From assembly GCA_000165425.1 (NCBI GenBank), contig CT868041.1, forward strand, positions 124,001 to 188,000: a stretch of 64,000 bases of DNA, written 5' to 3'. Positions 13,258 to 25,356 of the stretch are shown here, piece after piece. The stretch is from Paramecium tetraurelia. Taxonomy: Eukaryota. Within the stretch, counting starts at the first letter, position 1, and every line of letters starts with the position of its first letter. The translations under genes and the position numbers were made by a program. A model generated the notes under the pieces. That model was not told the origin of the DNA, did no database searches, and saw only the letters and a program-made list of their open reading frames with translations.

Positions 13258-14783
13258 ATGAGAGTTGGTATTAATTTGCATCAGAAAACTTTGTAACACA
13301 CCAAGTGTCCATTCCTTAAGACTTTCAACATTAATGTTACATCTGAACAGGCCTTAGCCAAATACACCAAATTTTGCCCTTATCTTCATTTCAAGGAGAT
13401 GAAGTAAATTACAAGAAGAACTTCTAGATCCGAACCCAAGAAGTGCCCAATCGACCATAGCCAATTCTATTCGAATCAATTCAAGGGAGTCATTCAGTAA
13501 ATTAAAGACGAAGGCCGATACAGGGAATTCAAGAGTTTATTACGAACCAATGGAGAATTCCCAAGAGCCATCAATAAGACCCCTTCTGGAGATCAAACAA
13601 TAACATTGTGGTGCAGCAACGACTACTTAGGTAAGAGTTATGAGTTAACAGTAGGAATGTCCTAAAATCCAATGGTAACTTAGGCCACAAAAAATGCAAT
13701 CGATCTAACAGGAATAGGAGCAGGAGGAACCCGTAACATAGGAGGCACAAGTATCTACCACGTGGAGTTGGAAAGAGAACTAGCAGATTTGCACAGAAAA
13801 GACAGTGCTTTGGTTATGAACAGTGGTTACGTTGCCAATATGGCCACATTGGATACTCTCGGCAAAGTGCTTAAAGACGTGACATTTTTGAGTGATGCCA
13901 AGAATCATGCATCTCTAATTGAAGGCATGAGGGCTACCAAAAGGGATAGAGTCATTTTTAAACATAATGATTATAAAGATTTGGAGGAGAAATTAAAATA
14001 ATTAGGTATTTTTATATTGTACAAAATTAGACATTTAATAAAACAAAGTCATAGTATTCGAATCAGTTTATTCTATGAATGGTACTGTTGCACCAATCTC
14101 ATAGTTCATCAACCTGGCAAAGAAATACAATGCTCTTACCCTCATCGATGAGGTCCATGCAGTAGGTATGTATGGCGATAGAGGGGCAGGAGTAACAGAA
14201 AAACTCGGATTGTAGAAGGAAATAGATATAGTAACAGGAACCTTGGGCAAAGCCTTTGGATGCTCTGGAGGCTATGTATCAGCCAACGCAGAAATCGTAG
14301 ATGCTGTCAGAAGTACTGCCAGTAACTTCATTTTCTCAACATCCATGTCTCCGATCATTGCAGCAGCTTGTTTGGAGTCTGTTAAATATCTCAAAACTCA
14401 TCCAGAAATCAGAGATAGACATCAATATGTGGCTTCTCTTATTAAAGCTAAGTTAAAGAGCAAGGGCATTCCAGCTCTCAACAGTGCTTCCCATATCGTT
14501 CCAGTTTTTATTGGAGATCCTGTTTTGTGTAAAGAGGCTTCTGAAAAATTACTCAACGAATACAACATCTATATATAACCAATCAACTATCCAACAGTTC
14601 CAAGAGGGTATTATCTTGTTCTTATATTATTTTAGATAGGAGATACTACGTATTTCTCCGACTCCATTACATACTGAGGAGATGATTGATGAGTTGGTTG
14701 ACTCTATCGAATGTGTATTCAAGAGCCTAAATTTAAGAATGGAATCTTAGTACACTGCAGAACAAAGAGCAATCTTTTAATGA
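13258..14783 (+). CDS. ALAS: 5-aminolevulinate synthase, mitochondrial
   Basis: Motifs [50 protein letters not shown] (PLP lysine), SHIVPV and [10 protein letters not shown]-terminal presequence with three CP motifs. Confidence 0.96.
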
Positions 14784-14863
14784 TAGTAAATTATCTTCAT
14801 TAATAATAATACACAAAAATAACTCCAAATTTCTTTGATGATATTATTAAATATAATTATTAA

Positions 14864-16115
14864 ATGTGGAGGAGAGCCATTTAGAATTGCCTTAAAATAG
14901 CATTCATTGGATCATCCATTACATTTACTTCTAGCTTTGTATTTTCTTAAGAATAATTGTATGCATGGGTAATCTTATAAAAATAAATCAAGGGATGGAA
15001 TAATTTTGGATAATTAGGCATTGGAAATTCCATATCTCAATATTCTCCTCAATTAGTCCCTATCTAAAATGTTTTATTTGTAGCTTGCAAATCGAGTGTT
15101 TCAGCAGCAATTGATAAATCTGGAAAATTGTATACTTGGGGAAGATCGAAATTTGGGCTCTTAGGAAATGGATAAGTAGAAAACATTAATATTCCTACAC
15201 TTGTCGAATGTTTAAAACATTTGGATTTCAAATATGTTGCATGTGGCAATTATCATATGGCTGCGATAACCAGAGATGGACAGTTGTATACTTGGGGTAA
15301 TTAAGATCATGGCAAACTTGGTCATTCATTTGATAACTTAGCCAAATTGCCATCTAGAGAGAAATATGAATACTAAAAGAATTTGGGATCTGCTAAATTA
15401 CCAGAATTAGTAAAATTAAATTTTAAAGTACACTAAGTATCCTTAGGAGATTAATTTACTTTAATACTATCAGATGATGGCAATGTTTATTCGGTAGGGT
15501 TGAATAAAAAAGGTATTCTAGGATATGAAACCAAAAATGCTGAAGAACTGAGCTTTAAACAAATTTCAAATTTAAAAAATATCATATAGATTGACAGTGG
15601 CACTGATTTCAGCGTTGCACTTGATTCTGATGGAAAGTATGTATGAATATTAATTAAGTATGTTCGCATGGGGTAGTAATTACTTTGGTTAATTAGGTAC
15701 TCCAAGTCCTTCAGTAATTTAAACACCATAGCAAATCAAAGGATTGCCAAAGATTAAATAGTTCTCTTGTGGTGAATAATTCATTGGTGCTTTGAGTGCA
15801 GACGGTGTATTATATACTTGGGGTTTTGGAGGAGATGGTTAATTGGGAACACCCAGCAAATAAGACATCCCCACTCCTCATAAAATATCATTTGATCACA
15901 ATATTGATAAGGTCTCATGTGGATAAGCTCATGTAGGCATCATTAGTAATAATAAACTCTACATGCACGGCAGGGGAAAAGAAGGTCAATTAGGCAGAGG
16001 TTCAGAGACTGAATCCCCTAACAGTAGTAGATACTCTCCTTTATTAGTTTTGGAAAATGTTTTAAAGATTGCATGTGGAGGAAGTCATTCCTTTGCTATA
16101 GTTAACTAAAAATGA
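14864..16115 (+). CDS. RCC1-repeat beta-propeller protein, possibly mitochondrial
   Basis: Repeats LYAWGWNNFGQLG, LYTWGRSKFGLLG, ACGNYHM, LYTWGQQDHGKLG, LYTWGFGGDGQLG and ACGGSHS. The N-terminus MWRRAIQNCLK resembles a presequence. Confidence 0.9.
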
Positions 16116-16226
16116 GTTTATTTTTAATATATTTTGTGTTAAGAAAACATGATTTTATGTATCATATATATGCCATCATTTTTTAAGATAAACTTTATAT
16201 GTTAATAAATTGTAAAAAAACCATTT

Positions 16227-16933
16227 TCAACAATTGCAAGAAGATGGTGCTGGTTGTGGCTAAGGAGTCTAATTTATTTTGAATTAAGTTTGTTAGCTCT
16301 CACCAGTAGCTTGTGGCTTCAGAGTCTCATTTTCCAATCTTTTCTTCAGATTAAGACCTAGTATATCGAAAATGTTTTCTAAATGTAATTAGAATTTTGT
16401 ATTTACATATATTTTTATTTTCTAATGCACTAGTCTCAATGAATGGCATTTTATACTTTGTTGCTAATGCTTAACCTTCCGATGATTGAACTCTTCTATC
16501 TTGAGAATCCATCTTATTTCCGACTAAGATTGAACAACTTAAGGGATTATTATTTCATATTACACTTCATCAGTCGTATTTTCTGTTATAGATTTGATCC
16601 AAGTTTCGACATTATTGAATGAGTTTCTATCTACTATGGAATAAACAAAAATTATTCCAAATGCCCCTTTATAATATGTTTGAGTAATGTTCCTAAATCT
16701 CTCCTATCCTGCTGTGTCCCAAATTTATAATTTGATTTTCTTATCTTCAACCTTGTTAACATATTTATCATGTATACAGTAATTGTTTTTATCTTAAAAT
16801 CAACGCCTATTGTTGCCATATAATTTTATGAAAACTTTTGATCACAATATTGAGTAAGGATGTTAGTCTTTCCGACTCCTGAATCTCCTAAAACAATTAC
16901 CTTTACCAACCAATCATAATATCCAGTTGCCAT
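16227..16933 (-). CDS. Rab GTPase (Rab8/Rab1/Sec4-like)
   Basis: [34 protein letters not shown] and ETSA motifs; C-terminal CNC (CxC prenylation); three tiny introns. Confidence 0.95.
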
Positions 16934-17438
16934 TTTAACAAAATTTATCAATAATATTTATTATTTGATATTTATTTAACATTATCTTACAGACCCAATA
17001 AGAATTATTTAGACATTATAGATGATATTTAAACATGCTTAATCCTCCTTTTTTGGTTATCCTCAAATCTTAATAGACATTAGAAAGAATTGAGAATAAC
17101 TTAGGAATTTATGGGAATATAATAAGGGAATGTTCAAATTGTGAGTTTTCTTTGAGGATTTAATAAATAGCTTTACTTTTAAAAAAAAGATAAATAACCA
17201 GATATAGTGAAAATAACTAAGATTATTTTATTAATTTTTCTCAATTCCACATAAAGATTGAAAAATAATTAATAAAATAATTATAATAATAGTATTTTTA
17301 AAAGAAAAAAAGAAGAGAATTTTATTTTTTTGAGTGTTTTTACATGATTTTATATAATAATAAATAAGACAGTTCTTAGTGCTTAAATTATGATTAAATA
17401 GGGTTGACCAATTTAATTTAAACTATCATTAAAATAAT

Positions 17439-18923
17439 ATGAACTCTGGATTGAATAACTAAAATTCCTTATTGTATCAACTGACACCAGCCTAACTTGA
17501 GGAGTATTAGCAATAATTGAGGTAACATCCGACTTCATATTCTCGATACTATATTACTTCATACGCTCAAATCATATATTTGGCAATCAATTACTTATTT
17601 TAGATAATAGCCATTTCTCACCCAACTTTTGAGCAGCAACATGAAATCATTACCATTTCCGAACATTTTTCAATAGTTATAGGACAATCTTATTAGAACC
17701 TCATAATCGCAGGATCTGTTCAATTTTAATCGTGGTAAGATATCATCAATTCCATATCAATTACAATATCGTGACCTTATAGTTTTTTGAATTGGCTTAT
17801 TTTTGCTTAGGTTTGGGAGGTGTAATGAATTAGTTTGAGTATATGAAACTTTTGTAGAAAAACCTATAGATAAATAACAATCCCATAAATGCGTTTAATT
17901 AGAATTAGTTGTTATGCTAATTGGGAATGGTGGGTCAGAAGAAAAACAATACATTACAAAATCCCATTACTGTTGAAGATGATGACCCCCCTTAGATTTA
18001 GAAGTGTCAGAATTCCAAATGCAACAACAAAGGAGATCGCAAGACCAAGTCGAAGAAGGGAGAGACACTCCAATTCTGTGAGAAATGTGTGAGATTATAC
18101 AATCGTGGAAATTTTTGTGATTTTTGTGAATAGGTATTGGAAGAATTTCTAAGACTTTTAGGTTTATTCGAATGGGTCGTACGACCAAGATGAATAGGAA
18201 TGGATACAATGTGATGAATGCTAGAAATGGGTATATTTCAAGAGTTATTGATAGAATCATCTAAATTGCGAAGCTAAATGTAGGAATTAGAATATAAAAG
18301 AAGAGACTGAGAATAAAGTTTACTATTGTTTAAATTGTTCTAAAATTAAAAACCAATAACAATAACAATAATAGATTCAGTAATAAAAGAAATAGGAGAA
18401 GACGATAGAAGAATATCAGCCAAAACAAAGAACTGTAATGGAATTTGAGGATGCTAGAATTAGAGAGAAGAATATCAATTTTGTAGCCACCAAAGATAAT
18501 AAAGTTTAATTTAGTAAATTTATAAATTTAAAAATATTTTAATAGCATTTCGTTTGAACTTATATGATGATGAAATTAAGTCAGATCTCGATTTTCTGAG
18601 GAATTCTGGTAAGAAGAACATTAAGAAATAGAATTAATAGGATTCTCCAATCATAAAATAAATCTTAATCCCACAATAATAATAATAACAATAATAACAA
18701 TAATAATAATAATAACAATAATAATAATAATAATAACAATAGCAACAATAATAATAATTATAATAATAATAATAATAACAATAACAAGCATAATTTATAT
18801 AGGAAGAGAAAGTAAAATATATTAAATATCAATTATTAGAATTCTGAAGAATAAATGAATGGTCGAAGAAGAACTAGAAATAACAAAAATAGAGTCAATT
18901 ATAGGAACTTAGGAGGTGAATGA
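17439..18923 (+). CDS. PHD-finger protein with upstream Cys cluster and poly-Q tract
   Basis: CQNSKC...FCEKC followed by PHD GNFCDFCEQVY...WIQCDECQKWNHLNCEAK...YYCLNC, which resembles Trithorax/KMT2A PHD3. Joining the 5' exons needs long introns 17522-17603 and 17735-17810. Confidence 0.85.
18674..18787 (+). repeat. (TAA/CAA)n microsatellite encoding poly-Gln (~37 Q)
   Basis: In frame within the PHD gene; TAA/CAA/TAG codons with one TTA. Confidence 0.85.
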
Positions 18924-18992
18924 GTGATATGCAATATATTTAATTGAAATTCCTATTTAAATAATACTCACATATATATCCACAAAATTAAA

Positions 18993-20000
18993 ATGTCTGA
19001 TTTGAGATTTGATAATAAGGTAGTTGTCATAACAGGAGCAGGAAGAGGACTGGGAAAGTCTTATGCCTTGTTTTATGGTTCAGTGGGAGCCAAAGTATTA
19101 GTAAATGATAATGGGTGCGATTTAGATGGAAAGAACACAAACAACAAATTTGCAGACGAAGTAACCAATTTTCGAAATTTAGGTTGTGTCAACAATAAAG
19201 AGCAAGGGAGGTATAGCTGTGGCTGACTATAATTCTGTGTTGGAAGGTGATAAAATCATCGCGCATGCTATAAAAGAATTTGGAAGACTTGATGTTCTTA
19301 TCAATAATGCTGGTATCTTAAGAGATAAGATTTTGGCCAAGATGACAGATGAAGATTGGAATATTGTAGTCAAAGTAAGGACTGGAGTTAATATGATTTC
19401 AGACTCATTTATATGGAACATTTTCTGTATGCAAGGCTGCCTGGTCAATCATGAGAGATCAAGGATTTGGTAGAATAGTTAATACATCCAGTGGATCTGG
19501 TTTGTATGGAACTTTGGGTCAAACCAATTATGCAGCTGCAAAGGCAGGAATAGTTGGACTCACATTGACATTGGCCAAGGAAGGGGAGAGAAGGAACATA
19601 TTGTGTAATGTGTTGGTCCCAGTGGGAGCATCTAGGATGACAGAGACAATTATGCCTCCTGATGTATTGACTGGAATCGATCCAAGTAATCTCACACCAA
19701 TATGTATCTATTTAATAATATTTTTAAGTGGCTGTTTTAACTCATGAATCAAACAAAGAATACAATGGTGGAATTTATGAATGTTCAGGAGGATTCTTCT
19801 CCAAAGTCAGATGGTAAAGGTCTGAAGGAGTCTCCTTGGACTTGCCTGTTAAAATAAGTGAAGTTCAAAAGCATTGGGCTAAGATCAATGATTTCAGTGG
19901 AAAGAATGAGTATCCCACTGGAAATGCAGACTTATTCAACAAGGTTCAAGAGAATCTGGAAAGGTTGGAATAATAGGCAGCCTAAAAACCAAAGTTATGA
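18993..20000 (+). CDS. Peroxisomal MFE-2/HSD17B4-type 3-hydroxyacyl-CoA dehydrogenase (SDR domain only)
   Basis: MSDLRFDNKVVVITGAGRGLG, NNAGILRD, NTSSGSGLYG and NYAAAK (YxxxK); ends QKPKL-TGA. Confidence 0.93.
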
Positions 20001-20022
20001 GTTTAGAATTTACATTATTAAT

Positions 20023-21509
20023 ATGAATATTTTATTGATTTCATCATTTGTTTACCTTACAATACAATAGTGCCAAGAAATTGAAGTTGCTTAGTGTAAT
20101 GGTTAACTTAGATCAGGTATACATTCTATTTCTACTTGAGGCTTGTTGCCAACCTATTTGTTTGCTGAGGTTTTCAGTCCAGGGCTTCCGAGTAAATTTT
20201 CAACTCCTGTTTAGATTAAACAGAATGGCTGGATTTTAACTGCAGATAAATTTGAGGGACAAGCCATAATTGATGATTAAACATACACAGGACAATAAGG
20301 AATAGGTGAAGCTGGGTAGATCACAGTATCCAATCCAACTATTCTGATAGAGGTAGGTTTCTTATTTTCAAATGGAACTATTTAAAATGGATAAGGAGTT
20401 GCTGTTCTAGAGAGTGTCTCCTCTGCATCTTATACGTTTGCAATCAATACGAAAACTAATCCATATAGCTATAAATTTGCATATGTGAGTTCTACCATCA
20501 ATTTTAATAATGCTTAATTCAAGGCTGTATATGCTAATTTCCCACATGAAATTGGGCAAATTCAAGAAATCCTTACAGCTCTCAATACTAATAATTAGAT
20601 TCAAACAGCTTTAACCACTTACTACACTAGTACATAATTATCTGGTCTAAAGTCTACTCTAACCAGAGAGTTAGCTAATTTTGAAATCATTTCAGGTCAA
20701 ACTTCAACTAAAACCTACAAATATGGATCTTAAAAATTCACTTATTAAGTTGTTGTCAACAATGTACAAATTCAATATGCTCCTGTAACATATGCCATAT
20801 CTGCTGTGATGAACATTCAACAATTATAGGTTTAATACATTTGCAACAATCCAATCACATTGACTTGTGTTGCAGGTGCAAATACTAACGTGGAATAAAT
20901 TAGTATGGATCAAATAATCAATTCATTCAATTATGCTTTTCAATAAAACTACTTTAATACCGTATTGAATCCTTCAAATTGGAAAGTTCCTTTTTTCTCA
21001 TGGAGTACAGGGGGATTGTAGAATATCATGAATAATGTTTATACTTAATATGCTTATGCCTCTTAAATTGGAGGATCATGCACTGCTGTCCAAGCTAGTT
21101 ATGTTACTTCTAGTACTTAATACTTTACTGTTGCAATGACATTTACTTGCACTTTGACTGTCAATCCAACTCCTATTTTGGTTTTTACAGTTGATTTTTA
21201 AGGAATTGAAGTGGAATTGGATTTTAGTAGAGTCAAAGAAGCAGCTGCTTTTAAAATAAAGAATGTGAACCCTGGTCCTCCCAATATATAATTATAACAA
21301 TAAGGAACCTTCAATATAGATAATCCAGCACTTGTAGAATGGTATTCATTTAACTAATATTTAGGTACATTTAGGAAGCCATTGATAAATCGTTTGTTGG
21401 TTAGAGATTCTTCTCTGGCTTTATTGAATCGTAAAGAGACTTAGAGAGTCAAGATATTACATATTCAATTTAGGAGGGAGTCATTACAATAACAAACATT
21501 AAAAAATGA
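20023..21509 (+). CDS. Secreted beta-rich protein, probable BPI/LBP/CETP (TULIP) lipid-binding family
   Basis: Signal-peptide-like MNILLISSFVYLTIQ, about 480 aa, two introns. The segment ISMDQIINSFNYAFQQNYFNTVLNPSNWKVPFFSWSTGGLQNIMNNVYTQY resembles the start of the BPI C-terminal domain. The CDS is solid; the family call is by eye. Confidence 0.6.
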
Positions 21510-21678
21510 TTTATATATTCAAGATATTATTCATTCATACCAATATTTGTAATATTTATGTTGATTTGGACTGTGTCAATTAAAGTTAGAGTGTCGGAAA
21601 ATGGAATATTTTTATTATATTTTACTATATGTTTTTAAGTATTTTATATAATATTAAATTCTTATTCAAAGGGTTTTA

Positions 21679-22856
21679 ATGGAAATGTTGCAGAAATAAT
21701 TAAACAACTACATATATGAGGAAAGAAACATAGGTGGTGGATAATTCAGTGAGGTGTTTTTGGGATTTGAGATTTATACTAAGGAGAAGGTAGCTATTAA
21801 AGTACATAATTCATTGAGTTAAGCAAATCGATTGTTCAAGAATGAGAGATTAGGTAATGATCTAGATGATGAAAAATGAGATTGGGATTTTGAAAATCAT
21901 ACCAAAATAGTAAAACATTTTGAAATTTTATGATGTATTTCAAAATAATTAACTCGTTTATATAATTACTGAGTATTGTAATCAAGGTATTAACTGTCAA
22001 TTTTATCATAGGGGACTTATAATAGTTTATTCTGAATCATCAAATTACTGAAGATTTAGCAAAAGATTTAATCACCCAAATATTAGATGGTCTCTAGCAT
22101 TGTAAGAATAATTGTATGTATTGATTATAAGAAACTTAGATATAATTCATAGAGACATCAAACCAGCAAATATATTCATGTGCAATGGCATTCCTAAATT
22201 GGCAGATTTTGGATTTGCTTTATGTAAAAATCTACAAAATGGAATCGATATACAAAATTATAATGTTGGCACTCCCATGTATATGGCTCCAGAAACTTTA
22301 TTGAATAATCATTATAGTTTTAAGAGTGATATATGGTCAGCTGGAGCAGTTCTGTATGAAATGGTATTTGGATAATAGCCATTTAGATCACAAACAGAGC
22401 CAGAACTAGTGCAAAAACTCAAAGCTTATATTAAAAGAATGGATTACTTTATTATCCATTCAAGTGTTCTCGTTTTTTGGATATTCTGATATAGAATATG
22501 CTTCAATGTGATAAATAACTGAGATGGTCAGTAGAATAATGTTTAGATTACTTAAGATAGAGAACATAAAACAGAATGGTTTCAAGTAAGAGATATCTGC
22601 CTTAATAATAAAAAGATGGTCGAAGTGTGTCTCCAATTTAAATAGTTTAATAATAGAAAAAAACTATATTGCCATTTCAATATTAGCAATAATTCAAGTA
22701 ATAGCAGCAGTCAATTTAAGTTAATACAAGTCAGCAGTTCTCCTAACTTCCTATGTATAAATAATTAATCTAACAATAATAAAAATAATAATAGTAATAA
22801 TAATAATAATAGTAAAAATAATAGTAATAATAATAGTAATAATAATAATAATAATA

Positions 22857-22889
<33 letters not shown>

Positions 22890-23682
22890 ATATCTACTTT
22901 TTTCAAATCCCTCTCCTCATTCCAAAAGAGAACCTCTATAATAATTAAATGGTTCTTAGACAACTTATGAGACTTCTTTTATTCCTATGAGATTCCCATC
23001 AAGTAAGAGAGAGAGCTTTATAACATCACAAGATGAATCTAAACGTAGTATTCTCGAATCTAATCCTCAAAATTAACATTGTTAATAGTTTGGTAATTTA
23101 TTATACAAAATTGCAAAACTATTCATCAATACAGAATATTTTGAATAATTTAGTTTAGGTAAAATGTATACAAGAACTGAATGCATGTTTCTGTAACTTA
23201 AAATTCAATTCTGTCTATTATAGAGTTGCATTCAAATTGTAAATTGATGATTATACATAATTTAGTTTTAACCCTCTAATCCTTGCTTATAAGAATGTTA
23301 AGTCAGGTTATTGAATGTGAAATAAACTATACTCCAAATGGCTGATTAATATGTTCAGGATCCCAGATTCATGTCATTATTCACCAACAAATGGGTTTTG
23401 GAAAACATCTTTGAGTAAATAAGCCATTATAACTATCTGGCCATTCACCTTATAAACGATTACTTGAATAGGGATTGCAACCATCCCCACTTGATAATTC
23501 TTCTAGATTACCTAGTTATACTGCAACAACTTTTGAAACGCTTTGCAACTAGTGTAAGCTGGATGGAGTTCGAATAGAGAAACAACATTGCTGCTATTGT
23601 ATAAGCGCCAATTAATCCAAATCCAAATAAACAATAATGGGTGGAGATATGCAAAATAATCTATAGAGATATTGTCAAATGA
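21679..23682 (+). CDS. Ser/Thr protein kinase (ULK/Atg1-like) with poly-Q linker
   Basis: IGGGQFSEV, VAIK, HRDIKPANIF, KLADFGFA, VGTPMYMAPE and KSDIWSAG; Q-rich linker; helical C-terminal domain. Confidence 0.9.
22771..22890 (+). repeat. (TAA/TAG)n microsatellite encoding poly-Gln (~38 Q in 40 codons)
   Basis: In frame with both the kinase domain upstream and the C-terminal domain downstream. Confidence 0.85.
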
Positions 23683-23723
23683 AGCAAGAATTGTCCTGAA
23701 ATTATTTGTCATTTTTTATAATA

Positions 23724-23984
23724 ATGTGTGATTTATTTAAAAATTTCGATGAACTCTTTACTTATGATGTTGGTAAGGTGGAGGAAACAAAAAAGATTTA
23801 GCCATTGTAACAACTAGAGAAATCAAAATAAAATGACAAGGAAAAAATTAAGAAATTTATTAAGCAGAAGAAAAAGAAAAGCAAGAAAACTCAGATGATT
23901 AACAAGAAGTGCAAGAAGATTATGAAGGAAGAACAAAAGCAGGAAGTTTTAGAATAAAAAGAAGAGATATTCTATGAAGATTGA
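23724..23984 (+). CDS. Small Lys-rich hypothetical protein (86 aa)
   Basis: Intronless code-6 ORF MCDLFKNFDELFTYDVGKVEE...KQKKKKSKK...FYED-TGA. Confidence 0.6.
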
Positions 23985-24049
23985 TATTTCAATAATGTAT
24001 ATCAAATTATATAATTTCTTAACAATTAATTTTATAATTTAAACCGATA

Positions 24050-25034
24050 ATGTTTATTAAAGAGGCTTATGAGAGAAGACAGAAATAAGGAGAAGGAGAG
24101 TTACAAATTCTGTCCACTGAATAAAAGATTCATATGATAGGAAGCATCAAGAATAATAAAGTAAATTATGATAAGGATGAACAATTTTTTAGTAAAGAAG
24201 ATATTCCATAGAAAGCAATGCAAACTAAATAATACATCTAAACTTTTGTTGACCCTGTATAGAAATTGACCTACTAATTTATTAGGATATTTTGGGCTTA
24301 AGGAAGAAACTATGGAATTGTAGTGTCTCAGTTCCCAAAAACCCATTATCAGAAGAGACTCATGAGAGGAAGTTGGTCAAAATCAAATTAGGTTTACTTG
24401 ACCATCCTATCCCTAAGGAGAAACCAAACAAAATATATGAAGGCACAGAAACTAGAGACAATTATTAGCTTGCAAAAAAAGGATAAAATAAATGGAACAT
24501 TAGTACAGAGACAAGTTCACTTGAGTTTCAAAAATATCTCATGAATCAAACTAAGAGAGCTAAATCCCACTGCAAAACTAAAGAAAAGGAAATTATTAAG
24601 AATTACCTTAAGCCCATAGAACATTAAACACAATTACAATAAAATCTAAGATCATAGAAAGTAAATGAAAAAGAGTTCAGAGCAAATATCAGGTAAGAAT
24701 ACTTAGTCAAGAATCCTGCTGCTTCACAATAAGCAACTGATGCTGCGGTTTTTAGATTGGCTTATGAAGCACATTTAAGCAAGAATTAAGAACAAATTCA
24801 GGTAATTAATTTTGGATAATGGATAAGGATAAGAACTTTACATTCAGGCCAGATATGAGTAAGACACTCAAACACGAATTGGAATTTAAATAATATCATA
24901 ACGGAGTGTGGTAGAAAATGAGTGATGGAAATGAAGGTTGGTCATGTTGTATGAATTACACATTTGATTCTCCAGGATGTATCAAAGTTAAATTAGATAA
25001 GAATAGATGGGATTACTCCTCATTTACACACTGA
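24050..25034 (+). CDS. Hypothetical protein with C-terminal Btk-type/CHORD-like Zn motif
   Basis: Ends YHNGVWQKMSDGNEGWSCCMNYTFDSPGC...WDYSSFTH-TGA (H..CC..C pattern); two introns. Confidence 0.7.
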
Positions 25035-25356
25035 TTTATATATATATATTATTTAATATAACTTCATTTCTTAAATTATGCAATATAGATAGCAGTTATA
25101 TATTTGATAGAATTTTCAAATAAGAAATTCTTCATTAAGGATTATTAATATATAGAAATATTAAAAGTGAATATTAAATTCTTGATATTCTCTAATTAAA
25201 ATCTAAAATTCTACTATCTTCTAAACAAAAACAGCAATTATTGATTTTTGATGAAATTTGAGTTAAAAAATTATTGCGAAATAATTGAGAGAAAAATAAT
25301 AATAGAAATCTGTCTAATTTTCAGAATATTATTTATAATCTCTAAATATTAAATTC

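Noticed and set aside
18674..18787. AAT repeat as a telomere, CRISPR or satellite
   Set aside because: It is in-frame poly-Gln, with no G-rich telomeric repeats and no repeat-spacer structure.
22751..22963. Poly-Ile ORF on the minus strand in the supplied track
   Set aside because: It is the antisense shadow of the (TAA)n poly-Gln tract in the kinase.
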